Source: a virus. Taken from it: a stretch of 64,000 bases of DNA. Made by a program: the position numbers and the translations under genes. Below are positions 9,703 through 20,428 of this stretch, piece by piece; within the stretch, counting starts at the first letter, position 1, and the number at the start of each line of letters is the position of its first letter. The notes under the pieces are model-generated. The model ran no database searches and was not told the origin of the DNA. It saw nothing but the letters and a program-made list of their open reading frames with translations. The stretch is taken from the IMG/VR virus record IMGVR_UViG_3300028800_000010, positions 2,637 to 66,636 of that record. The stretch is one strand, 5' to 3'.

Positions 9703-10373
9703 TGTACGGGGACGACGCTGATCTGAAAACCCCGTGGCTGATCCGGACGATGCTGCGCGACTATGGCGGCGTGACTCCGACCGGTCTGCCCATGTGGCGG
9801 CTGGTCAGAGCCGGAGACTGCACGATTCTCTGCCAGGGCGTCATGCATCACTGGCCGAGAAAGGGAAGAGCCTCGCGGCCGGACCGGATCACTGCCGGCC
9901 GCATGCTCCAACCGCGGTATCGCGACATCCCCAAGGACAGCTGGATCCTGCAGAAATGGTTTCCGCCCAAGCTCTGGGGGTCCGCAATCCAGTGGAAAGA
10001 GCAGCGCGGCGAGGATATCGACACGCGCCTGTTCATCCAGGAGTTTCCAGAAAACGGCGACTACTTCATGCTCGCCGGCCCCTGGGCGACGATCGACGAG
10101 GCCGGGGACCTGAGGCACGCCATTCATCTCTATCTCACGCGCGAGATGAAGAAGCCCCGCGACGCCGAGCAGTACATCAGGCTCCTGATGAGCGAGGAAC
10201 ACGCGCGGCGGGAGAAGGACCTCGAGTCGCTCGCCCGCGAGATCGACCGGGCCGAAACGCAGATGCAGTTGACGCTCAAGACTGTTGGAAAAGACGCGCA
10301 GATGGTGCGCGACCGTATCGCCGCCGAGGCCGGCATTGAAGGCCACCTGGGCGCCAGTGAAGCCTGGGGCTAA
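9702..10373 (+). CDS. hypothetical protein
   Basis: TAATG coupling, 223 aa. Confidence 0.65.
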   Translation: MYGDDADLKTPWLIRTMLRDYGGVTPTGLPMWRLVRAGDCTILCQGVMHHWPRKGRASRPDRITAGRMLQPRYRDIPKDSWILQKWFPPKLWGSAIQWKEQRGEDIDTRLFIQEFPENGDYFMLAGPWATIDEAGDLRHAIHLYLTREMKKPRDAEQYIRLLMSEEHARREKDLESLAREIDRAETQMQLTLKTVGKDAQMVRDRIAAEAGIEGHLGASEAWG

Positions 10374-10410
10374 AACTAGCCCCTAACTATAGCCGAGGAG
10401 AACCGCCGCA

Positions 10411-11670
10411 ATGCCCGAAGTTCAGATCAGTGCCGAACAATCAGCGCCCGCAATGCCCACCCGCGACGACGTCGCGCGCAGCTGGGGAGAGGTATCCTCA
10501 GGCCGGTCCCCGGGCCGCTCCGCCAAGAAACGCCAGCAGCAGGTGCAGAACCTGGTCCGCCGCATGCAGGCCGAGACACGCAAGGAGTCCGACGGGAAGA
10601 TCATCGGGCCGCTCCGGCCCTGCACGGTCGTCAACTTCAACCCCGTCGAGCTCGTCGTCGAGGGCCAGCTCCGCATCACCGTGCCGAAGCCCGGCACGAC
10701 CTCGCACCATCAGATCAAAATGCCCTACCGCGGGCGCATGGTGCAGGGGCACTACTGCTATATCGCGAGCCCCATGGTCGGCGAGCGCAAGTCGGACAAG
10801 GAGCCAATCTACTACACGGTCGTGACCGGCCACGAAGTCGATTCCGTTCTACCGATCGACGTGCCCACGGTCAACGCCCGCGTCTTCTCGCCGCACTCGA
10901 TTGCCTGCGAGCTCTGGAGCCAGTACAACTCGCCGACCTTCAAGCTGATGGGCGGCATCCTGATGTTCGATCAGGGCCCGCATGTGCTCGCGGCGCAAAA
11001 CCTCGCCAAAACCGGCGATCGCATCTTCGTGCCCGAGCGGCTGCAGATGGAGGACGAAGGCCTCTACACCTATCAGCTGCGCGAGACGCTGCTCGACGAC
11101 GAGCTCGACAGGATTTTTGATACCCAGCGCCAGTACTGCGACGTGGTGATTCAGCAGGCGCACACCCTCTGGGCCGAGCAGGATGTGGCCTCGCGCAAGA
11201 TGGTCACCGACACCCACCGCGAGTGGGCGCGCTGGGCAAAAGCGATGGGCTATCTGGAGCAGCTGCCCGAGTGGGTGAACGCGAAGCTGATCTTGGGCGA
11301 CTCGATTGCCGAACTCCGCGTTTGCCGCTATTGCGGCACCCAGCAGAGCTCGGCCATCGTGTTCTTCTGCCCCAAGTGCAACGCGCCCTATGACCCCTAC
11401 AAAGCCTTCATGGCGGGCCTTCACGTGCCGCAGGGGTTCCTTGAAACGCTCGAGGGCGAGGAGCTCGAAGCCGTGCTGCGCACCATGCAGGAACGCAAAT
11501 CCCGCTTCGCGACGCTCGGACCGCAAGAGCCGCCTACACCGCCCGCAGCAATGGCGCCGGCTATCGGCACGGAGCCAAAGCCGAAAACTGAAGCCCAGAT
11601 CAAGCGGGAACAGGCCAAGGCCGCCAAGAATCAGCAGAGCGAAAAGCCCGCTGAGGGAGAAACGAAGTAA
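10411..11670 (+). CDS. hypothetical protein with C-terminal zinc ribbon
   Basis: GAGGAG RBS; CRYC...CPKC. Confidence 0.7.
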   Translation: MPEVQISAEQSAPAMPTRDDVARSWGEVSSGRSPGRSAKKRQQQVQNLVRRMQAETRKESDGKIIGPLRPCTVVNFNPVELVVEGQLRITVPKPGTTSHHQIKMPYRGRMVQGHYCYIASPMVGERKSDKEPIYYTVVTGHEVDSVLPIDVPTVNARVFSPHSIACELWSQYNSPTFKLMGGILMFDQGPHVLAAQNLAKTGDRIFVPERLQMEDEGLYTYQLRETLLDDELDRIFDTQRQYCDVVIQQAHTLWAEQDVASRKMVTDTHREWARWAKAMGYLEQLPEWVNAKLILGDSIAELRVCRYCGTQQSSAIVFFCPKCNAPYDPYKAFMAGLHVPQGFLETLEGEELEAVLRTMQERKSRFATLGPQEPPTPPAAMAPAIGTEPKPKTEAQIKREQAKAAKNQQSEKPAEGETK

Positions 11671-11673
11671 CCC

Positions 11674-12426
11674 ATGCGAACCGTTGCGGACGCGATCGGC
11701 TACATCCAGGCTCTGCTCGGAGACCCCAGGGGGACATGGGTCAAGCGCAACTACGTGTTGCCCCTGATGAATGTCTCCTGCGGGGATATCCTGCTCAACC
11801 TCAAAAACGGGTCGAGCATGAATCTGGCCGCGGTCGTTCCGATCCTCGGCGTCAAGGCCGGCACCTCGAGCCTTTACCCGTGGCAGGGCGCAACGCTTGC
11901 CGCGGGCGCCGATCCGAACAAAGCCAACCCCGTACCCGTGCTCGCCGGACTCACCGACCCCTTACAGGTGTATGTGAAGCCGGCCGGCTCGGGCGCGGAA
12001 AACTACGCGCGAATCCCCCAGCGCTCAACCTTGCCGCACATCAACCCCAACCTGAACACGACGAATGCTTTTAGTTCTTCGATGTGCTGGGCCTGGATCG
12101 GCAATCAGCTGGTCGTGACGCCGACCAACATCGATCTCGACATCGAAGTCACCGGCCGATTCTCCGCGGCGCCTTTGATCCGGGATGACCAGTTCATCCC
12201 CGGCGGCGAGGACCTCTGGATTCCGCTGGTCTTCGACACCGCATCGATTGTCGGCGTCGAGCGCTCGAATCCGCAGGTCCTCGAAGGCTACGCAACGCGC
12301 TCTCTGCGCTCGCAGGACAACCTGCTGGCCGACATCATCCGCCAGGGCCAGGGCGCCCCGGCACGTTTTCAAAAAGCTTCCCGCGACAGCGGGAACGGCT
12401 ACATCGCCTGGTTCTGGGGGCTGTAA
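11674..12426 (+). CDS. probable head-tail adaptor / tail tubular protein A-like
   Basis: Size, position and helical-beta-helical pattern typical of podovirus adaptors. Confidence 0.5.
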   Translation: MRTVADAIGYIQALLGDPRGTWVKRNYVLPLMNVSCGDILLNLKNGSSMNLAAVVPILGVKAGTSSLYPWQGATLAAGADPNKANPVPVLAGLTDPLQVYVKPAGSGAENYARIPQRSTLPHINPNLNTTNAFSSSMCWAWIGNQLVVTPTNIDLDIEVTGRFSAAPLIRDDQFIPGGEDLWIPLVFDTASIVGVERSNPQVLEGYATRSLRSQDNLLADIIRQGQGAPARFQKASRDSGNGYIAWFWGL

Positions 12427-12455
12427 CCGAATTCACTCCCAAGGAGAAAAGCAAA

Positions 12456-12896
12456 ATGGCACTCTCAGCACAAGTGGTCGGAGTGAGTCCGGCCTCGAAT
12501 CCCGACTCGGTCGATTTCTTTGTCGCGTTCTCGGGCAACTACGGCGTCAATGGCACAGGCGACGTCCTGAACCTCGCGCCCTACGATGCAGTCAACAATC
12601 CCACCGGCGCGAAGAACCCCCAAAACATCGCTCTGCCTGAGATGCCGGTCTTGCTCGAGCAGGCGCCCGCCGTGCTTTCTGAAGACATCGGCGGCTACTA
12701 CGTCAATCCGCATCCACTGCTGCCCGGCGCGGCTTCTGAAGGCGTGGCCAGCGGCCTGAACTTGAAGACGGGTCTCTTCCTGCGCCAGTACGCGCCAGGC
12801 GGTGGCGAGCTGGCAACCAACGCTGCGTATAACGGCGCGGTGACTGCAGCCGGGGCCGGCGTGATCGTCCGGATGGTCCTGCCCAAGGATCAGTAG
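12456..12896 (+). CDS. virion structural protein (hypothetical)
   Basis: AAGGAG RBS; Gly/Ala/Asn-rich beta composition. Confidence 0.6.
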   Translation: MALSAQVVGVSPASNPDSVDFFVAFSGNYGVNGTGDVLNLAPYDAVNNPTGAKNPQNIALPEMPVLLEQAPAVLSEDIGGYYVNPHPLLPGAASEGVASGLNLKTGLFLRQYAPGGGELATNAAYNGAVTAAGAGVIVRMVLPKDQ

Positions 12897-12897
12897 A

Positions 12898-13113
12898 ATG
12901 CCGGCGGCTTACCTGCGCGCTCCCGGGTACAACGGGGGCGCGCGGCCCATCTGCCGCAAAGCCGGATACGAATCGCGACGGCTGGCCCAGCGAGCGTTGA
13001 AGTCGCTGAATCTGCCGGGCATGGGCGGTCTGCGTATCTACAAATGCCCCATCTGCGTCGAGACGTGGCACCACGGCCACCCTCCACGGACACGCCAGGA
13101 AAGAAATCGATAG
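12898..13113 (+). CDS. small zinc-binding protein
   Basis: C..K..Y...YKCPIC..WH pattern common in phage small proteins. Confidence 0.55.
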   Translation: MPAAYLRAPGYNGGARPICRKAGYESRRLAQRALKSLNLPGMGGLRIYKCPICVETWHHGHPPRTRQERNR

Positions 13114-16100
13114 ATGCAATGGTTCGGCAAGCCGGTCAACTTCAACCGATTCCTCGGGCAAGTTGATCAAGATGACCCAACGAATACGCCCATCGGCCTC
13201 GCAGCTCTCTGCGAGAACACCGACTTCACGCGCGATTCGCCCGGAATCACCTCGGCCAATACGCGCGCCGGCGTGAACCTCGCCATGCAACTGGTCGGCC
13301 TCGATGGCCAGGCCGCCAAGGACCCGGCGACCGGCGGCATCTTCTTTCAGTACGAGCCCGAGCTTCCAACCGACGCAGCTCTGTTTCCTCCGGCCGGCTA
13401 CTTCTCGATGCCCATTCTGTTCGAAGGTGGAGGGTGCCTGCAGCGCGAGAATCCGGTCGGTACCGGACGCTGCCAGAGGCTTCCCGCGAGCGCTCTCTTC
13501 ACTCCGCCTGCCGGCGCGCACATGCTCGGCTGCTCGGCCGGGAACAAAGCCTTCGCGGCCTTCTCCGATTTGAAGACCCCTCTTTCGGGTGGCGCTTCGA
13601 TCGACCCCAAAGCCATCCTGACGAAGGCAGCCAATGCCGTCTCCCCGCTCGGCATGAAGCCCTTCGGCTGGCTATGGCAGCCGAACACGCCCGTGCTTGA
13701 GGGCGAGGTCTGCTGCCCGCCCACACCCTCGACCGGCAACGGCCACACCTACGTGGCCCAGAACGCGGGAACGACAGCAGGAGCCGTAGGAGCGTCGTAT
13801 TTTCCCCTGGGCGAAGGTGCAACGTTTGTAGACAACGGCATCACGTGGAAAGAGCAGACGATGGTGCTCGCAAACCGTCTGCCCGCACCTGCTGCACCCG
13901 TCCTGACGCGCGAGGCTGGCCTTGGCACCTTTGCGGCCGGGCTCGATGTCTATGTCGTCCTGACCCTCGTGAATCCGCAAGGCGAGACCGAAGCCAGCCT
14001 CGTGGCCATCCTTTCAAACACCGCGCTCAATGACGCGGTCCAGGTCGCGATTCCCGCGCTTGCCGCGATGGCCGGATGGATCCAGACGCTTGGGCCCCAG
14101 TACGTGCCCGAGGGCGCGAATGTCTACGTGGCCACGGTTGCCCATGGCGCTTCGGCCCCACCGCTCTCGGCGTACTTGAAATACGGCTCGATGGCCGCAC
14201 TTGGGTCGAATGTCCTGGTCACGACCGCAGGAACCGGCGCGGCGCCGCCCACGGGCTCGACGGCGCGCGTGGTGCCCGGGCAGCTTCCCACTCCGACCGA
14301 CACCCCCGAGATTCAGCGCGTGCCCGCAGGCGGGACTTTCCCGGCCGGCCGCGACGTCTACTTCCGCCAGACGTATAACAATGCAACGGGAGAGACCAAA
14401 CCCAGCCCGGCTTCAGTGATCGTGAACACCGTGCTCAACGATGCGGTGCAGGCGACGATCTCTGTCCCGGAAGACGATCAGGGTGTCGCCCTTTACGCGA
14501 TCGGCTCGGTTGGGTTGTATGAGGCCGATGTTCCGACCGGCACGCCGGCGCCGCCTCCGGAGGCCTTCAGCCTGGTGGGCTACTATCAGGCCGGTGCGAC
14601 ACCGACTGTCACCGACTCAGCTTCAGGCGCCAATCCCCCGACCTCGAACACCACGGGCCCGGGCGGGAACATCGAGCGCGATACCCCGACCGGAGGGCCG
14701 AACGGGACCCAAGGGTACCGCTACGCGAGTCTTCTCTTTGTCAACCAGAACGAAACCTTCTCCGGGTTCACGATCGCAAGCTGCGTACCCTACATCGTCG
14801 ACGAGGACGGCTGGGAGCTCGCCGTCTTTAACATCGCAACCGGTCCCGGCAATGTGGTCGCGCGTTGCGTGATCTTCACCGGAGCGGATTCATCCCAGGA
14901 CGGCCCCTACGACTGGATTGGCACCCTCAACCTGATCCTGCCGAGCGCCAACGTGGTCTATCCCGCGTCGACCCCGTCGGACGGCGTCGACCAGTCGGCA
15001 ACCTGCATCTTCGACAACGTCACGACCCAGGCCATCTTCAACTTCACCGACACGTTTCTTGAGAACGAAAACAACGCCGACGACCGCACCGATATCCTGC
15101 CGCCCTTCCAGGCCTGCCGGATTGACTATCTCAAGACCGTGAACTCGCTTGCTTACTCCGGAGTACTCGGCTCAACCGGCGGCGGACTGATCTCGATTCC
15201 CGGCGACTACGAGAGCGTTTACGCGGACCTCGGGACAATTCCGTTCCCGGCCGACGGCAAGAAGTGCTTTGGGTTCTCGGACGCCTATAAGAGCGTGATC
15301 TTCGCTTTGCGCGAGGACGGCGGCTACGCGATTCAGCCGAACTCGGGCGCCGCGGGCGGATGGACCCCGGTGCAGCGCTGGTCTGAAGTCGGTCCCTGCG
15401 GCTTTCGGGCCTGGGCGGCGATCGGCAAATTCATCTTCTTCGTGCATCGGTCAGGAGCTTACAAATACGACGAGAGCGACCCGGACATGATGTCGAAGGA
15501 GGTCCCGCGGCGCTGGGAAACGATCAACTGGGACGCGGCCGAGCAGATTGCGGTCACGATCGACGAGGACACGCACACGGTCCGGATCCACGCGCCCACG
15601 TACGATTCGAAGGTCAACAGCGAAGAATTCGTGCTGAGCTACCTCGAGGGCTGGCAGAACCCGACGCACTTTTCGACCTACTCGGGCAAGGAAATCTCGA
15701 TGGACGCGGCCAGGCGCTGGAGCTTCAATAACGTCGCCGCCAACTTCTCGATGCGCATGGACCGCCAGCTGCCTCCGGGCCCGGCGTTCTTGAATGGCCC
15801 GAACTGGGAGACTCTCTCGGGCGCCTCGGCCTACCGGAACTCGCAGTTGCTGTTCTTCTCTTCGGCCCCCGACGGCACGGTGCACGCGCGGACTCCGGGG
15901 GTCTATTCAGACAACGGCCGCGGCATTCCCTGGAAGTGGGAGTCGGTGTGCGCGGGCCTGATGCAGGCCGTGACCAAGCCCGAGGGGATCAATCTCAACG
16001 TATCGGGCGAAGGCCGCATCTACGCGAGCGTCATCGCGGCGCGCGTCCAGGATGACGACGACAAGGCCGGCGACTCCGATACCGAGGACTTCATTCTCCC

Positions 16101-16287
16101 GCTGGGCCTGGGCTACTTCGATCTCGTCACCTCACAGCGCAAGGGCATCACGCTCAAGTGCGAACCCGCGATCAACGAGTTCTGGCGCGTGCACTTTGAC
16201 AACGGCGCCGAGCCCGGAGCCAATGCTTCCCTGAAGCAGATGACCTTCTATCTGATTCCGTTCACCGCCGGAAGGGACTCAAGCTAA
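13114..16287 (+). CDS. tail nozzle / tail tubular protein B-like with inserted repeats
   Basis: 1057 aa beta-rich; internal duplicated module (GTFAAGLDVY...GET / GTFPAGRDVY...GET); propeller-like C-terminal half. Confidence 0.6.
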   Translation: MQWFGKPVNFNRFLGQVDQDDPTNTPIGLAALCENTDFTRDSPGITSANTRAGVNLAMQLVGLDGQAAKDPATGGIFFQYEPELPTDAALFPPAGYFSMPILFEGGGCLQRENPVGTGRCQRLPASALFTPPAGAHMLGCSAGNKAFAAFSDLKTPLSGGASIDPKAILTKAANAVSPLGMKPFGWLWQPNTPVLEGEVCCPPTPSTGNGHTYVAQNAGTTAGAVGASYFPLGEGATFVDNGITWKEQTMVLANRLPAPAAPVLTREAGLGTFAAGLDVYVVLTLVNPQGETEASLVAILSNTALNDAVQVAIPALAAMAGWIQTLGPQYVPEGANVYVATVAHGASAPPLSAYLKYGSMAALGSNVLVTTAGTGAAPPTGSTARVVPGQLPTPTDTPEIQRVPAGGTFPAGRDVYFRQTYNNATGETKPSPASVIVNTVLNDAVQATISVPEDDQGVALYAIGSVGLYEADVPTGTPAPPPEAFSLVGYYQAGATPTVTDSASGANPPTSNTTGPGGNIERDTPTGGPNGTQGYRYASLLFVNQNETFSGFTIASCVPYIVDEDGWELAVFNIATGPGNVVARCVIFTGADSSQDGPYDWIGTLNLILPSANVVYPASTPSDGVDQSATCIFDNVTTQAIFNFTDTFLENENNADDRTDILPPFQACRIDYLKTVNSLAYSGVLGSTGGGLISIPGDYESVYADLGTIPFPADGKKCFGFSDAYKSVIFALREDGGYAIQPNSGAAGGWTPVQRWSEVGPCGFRAWAAIGKFIFFVHRSGAYKYDESDPDMMSKEVPRRWETINWDAAEQIAVTIDEDTHTVRIHAPTYDSKVNSEEFVLSYLEGWQNPTHFSTYSGKEISMDAARRWSFNNVAANFSMRMDRQLPPGPAFLNGPNWETLSGASAYRNSQLLFFSSAPDGTVHARTPGVYSDNGRGIPWKWESVCAGLMQAVTKPEGINLNVSGEGRIYASVIAARVQDDDDKAGDSDTEDFILPLGLGYFDLVTSQRKGITLKCEPAINEFWRVHFDNGAEPGANASLKQMTFYLIPFTAGRDSS

Positions 16288-17382
16288 ATGGGAAACCTTG
16301 TCGGTACGAATCGATTTCAGGTGCTGGTCGAGTCCGTGTGTCGCTCGCTCGACCAGGGCAAGATGCCGCAGACCGAGGATTTTCGTCAACTGATGACGCA
16401 GATCCAGACCAACGTCGAGGCTGCATTGCCCGGCGGAAACTGGGTCGTGCCCGGCGGCACGAAGGCCACCGGCGCCAATTACCCGGCCGGCGTGGGCTTC
16501 GCGGTCACCGGCGCAAACGGCGCCTTCACATTGCAGGCAACGCCACCGACGACCCTCCAGGGCAAAACCGTCTGGTACGAGTTCAGCTATTGCGCGCTGC
16601 GCAGCTTCACCCAGTCGGTGACGACGCTGCCCTGGACCACCACGCCGAAGATGGTCGAGAACCTGCCCAATCAAAGCCTCTTCTGGCGCATGCGCGTTTC
16701 CTTCGATCAGACCAACTGGTCCCCGTATCAGCTGGCCAGCTCAAGCGCCATCACCTCGGGGCTGGTCTCGAGCTCGGCGACGTCCGACGCCGGCGCCTTC
16801 AATCAGACCAACTATGGCGTGGTGACCTCGGTCGCGGTCGGCTCGACGGCAGAGGTGCAGATTCAGGGCGCGAACGGGCCTTACACCTCGATGGTGGCGC
16901 AGAAGGGCCCCACCCAGTCTTCGCTTCCCGGGGCGACCATTGTGGGGGTTACGCCCGGCTCCGATCAGTTTGTCGGCTTCAACGGTTCGAAATACATCCT
17001 CAGGAGCACGCTCGCCGACCTGCTCTCTGACGATGCGGTGACGCCGATCGGCAAGGTCAGCGTGGTCGGAACCGGCGCACCGACCCTGCCGACGATTGTT
17101 CCCATCATCTCGGGCGGCCACATCATCGGCTACAACGTCACCTTCGGCGGCAATGGAGCGAGCGCGCCCTATAACTTGACCATCACCGACGGGCCCGGCT
17201 CGGGCGCGACCACCGGGCAGCAGACGATTGTTGCCGGCGTGCTGATTGCGGTCGCCCCTGGAAACCCGGGAGACAGCTACGACGGGTCGACGGTTGTCAC
17301 GCCCAGCGGCGGAATCTTTCCCGGCGTTGAGGGCGGGGGCACCGCGATCGGCGGCAACGGGGGGAGGCTGACAGCCGTATGA
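16288..17382 (+). CDS. tail fibre/spike-associated protein
   Basis: Gly/Thr-rich, follows the nozzle gene. Confidence 0.55.
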   Translation: MGNLVGTNRFQVLVESVCRSLDQGKMPQTEDFRQLMTQIQTNVEAALPGGNWVVPGGTKATGANYPAGVGFAVTGANGAFTLQATPPTTLQGKTVWYEFSYCALRSFTQSVTTLPWTTTPKMVENLPNQSLFWRMRVSFDQTNWSPYQLASSSAITSGLVSSSATSDAGAFNQTNYGVVTSVAVGSTAEVQIQGANGPYTSMVAQKGPTQSSLPGATIVGVTPGSDQFVGFNGSKYILRSTLADLLSDDAVTPIGKVSVVGTGAPTLPTIVPIISGGHIIGYNVTFGGNGASAPYNLTITDGPGSGATTGQQTIVAGVLIAVAPGNPGDSYDGSTVVTPSGGIFPGVEGGGTAIGGNGGRLTAV

Positions 17383-17543
17383 AGTGGCTCAGGCAGCTTT
17401 TTTGTAAACACAGCTTTCAGTTCGACCGGAACCTCTACGGCGACCAGATCCAGTACGCGGGCGGCGCGCGCTCCGTCTGGGTCTGCACCAAATGTGACAA
17501 GGTCGAATTTCGCTCGGAACTCCACTTCGAGGGATTCGTATGA
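17379..17543 (+). CDS. small zinc-ribbon protein (MKWLRQLFCKH...CTKC), below ORF-track cutoff
   Basis: ATGA coupling at both ends, 54 aa, CxH...CxxC. Confidence 0.6.
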   Translation: MKWLRQLFCKHSFQFDRNLYGDQIQYAGGARSVWVCTKCDKVEFRSELHFEGFV

Positions 17544-17734
17544 TCTCGCCCGGCCCGTGTCACTTCAGCTCGTCCTGCTGGCCGTTCACCTGTTCGGAGT
17601 ACCTCGAGGAAAAGCCCGCGGACTCTCTGATGATGGTGGTCCAGCAGTACCCGATCTTCGAGCACCCGCGCAAGCAGTTGTGCGAAACCTGCGGCAAAAA
17701 ATTCCTATTCTCCGAGGAGCAACAAGGGCAGTGA
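17540..17734 (+). CDS. small Cys-rich protein
   Basis: ATGA coupling; C...C...C...CETC. Confidence 0.55.
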   Translation: MISPGPCHFSSSCWPFTCSEYLEEKPADSLMMVVQQYPIFEHPRKQLCETCGKKFLFSEEQQGQ

Positions 17735-18660
17735 ATACCAATCTCTACATCGTTACCGCCATCTTCAATCCATTCAATTTCCGCTCCCGGTACCGGCTCT
17801 ATGAGGCTTTCAAAAAGCACATGGCCGACTCGGGAGTTGTGCTGTTTACGGTCGAAGCCGCCTTTGGCGATGCGCCCTTCCGCGTCACCGAGGCCGGCAA
17901 TCCCTTCAACCTGCAACTGCGCACCAATCAGATCCTCTGGCACAAGGAGCGGCTGATCAATCTCGCGATTCCGCGTCTTCTGCATGAGGTTCCCGACGCG
18001 CGCTTTCTCGGCTGGTACGACGCCGACATCACCTTCGCGCATCCCGAGTGGGCTGATCTCGTGCGTCACAAGCTGAGTCACCTTTTGGTCATTCAGCCGT
18101 TTGCGACCGCCGTCAACCTGAACTCGGCCGACGACTACATGTGGCACTGCCCGTCGTCGATGCGCTCTTTCATCGAAGGCCGCGGCTACCATCAGGAGCC
18201 GCCCCTGCCGGTGAGCTACACCTACAAGGGCCATCCGGGTCTCGCGTGGAACATTACCCGCGAGGCCTGGGAGAAGCTCGGCGGACTCTACGACCGCTGT
18301 GTCGCGGGCTCGGCCGACACCGTCATGTCGAACGCCTTCAAGGGTGACTTCACCGTGTACCTGCCTGGGTCGCCCTCTGAATCGATGAAGAATTCGATGC
18401 GCGGCTGGCAGGAAAAATGCGAGCGCCACGTGCGCGGAGCGATCGGGTTCGTCCCGGGCTGCGTACTGCACCACTGGCACGGGGCAAGCGAACAGCGCGG
18501 CTACGAGAAGCGCTGGGACATTCTCTCGTTTCACAAGTTCGATCCCCTGGTCGACCTGCGCACCGAGCCGAACGGCATGCTGCGCTGGGCCGGCACGAAG
18601 CCTCGGCTCGAAGATGACATCCGCCTTTCGCTCAGCGCGCGCAATGAGGATCAGGTGTGA
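17731..18660 (+). CDS. GT-A fold glycosyltransferase-like protein
   Basis: WHKERLIN, YDADITF (DxD), WEKLGG, GSAD and HHWHG motifs. Confidence 0.65.
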   Translation: MNTNLYIVTAIFNPFNFRSRYRLYEAFKKHMADSGVVLFTVEAAFGDAPFRVTEAGNPFNLQLRTNQILWHKERLINLAIPRLLHEVPDARFLGWYDADITFAHPEWADLVRHKLSHLLVIQPFATAVNLNSADDYMWHCPSSMRSFIEGRGYHQEPPLPVSYTYKGHPGLAWNITREAWEKLGGLYDRCVAGSADTVMSNAFKGDFTVYLPGSPSESMKNSMRGWQEKCERHVRGAIGFVPGCVLHHWHGASEQRGYEKRWDILSFHKFDPLVDLRTEPNGMLRWAGTKPRLEDDIRLSLSARNEDQV

Positions 18661-18821
18661 TCGAGGCGGTGCGCGGTCTGCTTGAGTCGCTCAAGCTGTT
18701 CCTGCTGTTGATGGCGGGCGCGTTTTTGCTGCTGGGCGGCCTGGGGATTGTCATGCTTTCGGCGTGGCTCGAGCTGAGGAAATGGAAGAGGAGCGGGAAT
18801 GGCGTGGGAAATCGAAAGTGA
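18657..18821 (+). CDS. small single-pass membrane protein
   Basis: GTGA coupling; long hydrophobic stretch followed by a basic tail. Confidence 0.5.
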   Translation: MIEAVRGLLESLKLFLLLMAGAFLLLGGLGIVMLSAWLELRKWKRSGNGVGNRK

Positions 18822-19098
18822 GCATCTGGATCTGGCGGAGATGGAGCACGTGACGGTCTTCGTCGAGCGCAACGTGACGACCCGCTCGGGCGAGCCGCAG
18901 CGGCATTTGCTGCAGATACGCCTCGGAGACCATCTCGATTTGACCGAGAAGGGCGAGATCGTCGACGCCGATGGAAAACCGTATGACCACCGGGCCAAGC
19001 AGCAGGAAGTCCTCGCCGAGCTTACGCGCCGGCACAAGAACGCGCGCCAGTTTGCGCAGCGGCACAACGTACGCATTCTGAAAGGGCGCGAGAAGTGA
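18799..19098 (+). CDS. hypothetical protein
   Basis: GAGGAG RBS. Confidence 0.6.
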   Translation: MAWEIESEHLDLAEMEHVTVFVERNVTTRSGEPQRHLLQIRLGDHLDLTEKGEIVDADGKPYDHRAKQQEVLAELTRRHKNARQFAQRHNVRILKGREK

Positions 19099-19544
19099 TT
19101 CTTTCTGAAGCAAACCAGGCCGCGATGCAGATGGTGCGACCGGCCGATGTGCCGGAGATTTGGGAGCTCGCGCGCCAGCAGAACGAGGCGGACGGGACCG
19201 ACATTCTGGTGCCGCGCATCTTTGGCGACGACGGGCAGCAGTTGAAATCGATTCCGCTCGCGCTCAAGCAGGTCGCGCGAGGCCGGATCGTGCAGGCACA
19301 CATTTTTGAGTGCCAGCCGGAGCTGATCACGGTCGGCATCAGCGCCCGCGGCACGGCGCTCTCGATGCGCCAGCTGCCGGCGGCGATGTGGTTTTTAGAG
19401 CAGATGGGATACCAGGGGTTTCACGCTCTGGCGCCGGTCGCGCGACTGGCCGCCTGGGAGCGGACCCTGGGGAAGCGCCTGAACCTGGTGCGCGATGATG
19501 CGCGGGTCGCCCACTACTACAGAGACTTTGCGAGGCTCAGATGA
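19095..19544 (+). CDS. GNAT-like / internal virion protein A-like protein
   Basis: VRPADVPEI N-terminus; position just before the ejection proteins as in many podoviruses. Confidence 0.45.
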   Translation: MILSEANQAAMQMVRPADVPEIWELARQQNEADGTDILVPRIFGDDGQQLKSIPLALKQVARGRIVQAHIFECQPELITVGISARGTALSMRQLPAAMWFLEQMGYQGFHALAPVARLAAWERTLGKRLNLVRDDARVAHYYRDFARLR

Positions 19545-20428
19545 GCGATCCTATCTCGATGTCGCTTCAAAGCCCATGGCTTGATTTCGACACCCGCAAA
19601 TCGCATCCACTTCTCATATTTGCGTTGCCCGCGAACCTCGGGGTTCGTTGCTCGATAGAGCCATTCGCCGATGGTAACGGCGTCGATGTGCGAGTAGTCG
19701 AGAGTGAAGATAGGCCGGCAGTTGGATGCTCTCTCGCGGCCTGCGAAAACAGCAGGCCCTTTCTCGCACCGACAAATGATGCGACGAGCCACCGGGCATT
19801 GGGCAAAAATCGCGCGTTCAAGAGCTTCGACAAACTCTCCGGCGATCGAGCTGAACATGAACTTCATCAGATGCGTCTGTCGGCCCCCGCACTGATACCA
19901 GCCCCCATCGCTATCGAGCAACCCGCGGACGAAGTGCCTAACCAGGGTCGCGTCGAGATCTGGCCACTTCAGTTGCGGCCCCTTGTTTTCATCCAACCCG
20001 AACTCGGAGCGGAGCAACTGGTTGAAACTCTTGCTGCAAACGACGAGCCTCTTGCACCCTTCAGCCTGATAAATCCGAGATCGCCCACCGATGATCTTTT
20101 GCGCTTTGAGAAGAATGTCTTCGTCGTGGTTGTCTCTTGTGATGGAGCAGACGCTGCCCCTCGCATCGATACTGCCATCGGCGAAGAGAAGACCCAGCAC
20201 CCACGCTCGCTCGGCGTTAAGCTTTCCCCACGCCGTGTGGTTTCGCCGCGCGTCGACCGCCGCTGCTTCTTTCCAGTTGCGCAGAATCCCGGCCTTGAGA
20301 GCCTGGTACCGAGCCGCGCTCTGACTGCAGCCGACCGTAACGCTGATTGTTCTAACCCCCATGCCACCGCGATAGAGATCGAGGATTGTCTGCCTCGTGT
20401 TCTGAGAAAGCAACATAGCCATGACCAA
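19517..20428 (-). mobile_element. free-standing LAGLIDADG homing endonuclease with N-terminal HTH, antisense to the virion operon
   Basis: AWVLGLLFADG and FVRGLLDSDG (two LAGLIDADG motifs); ILDLY..GMGVRTIS..GCS HTH. Confidence 0.85.
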
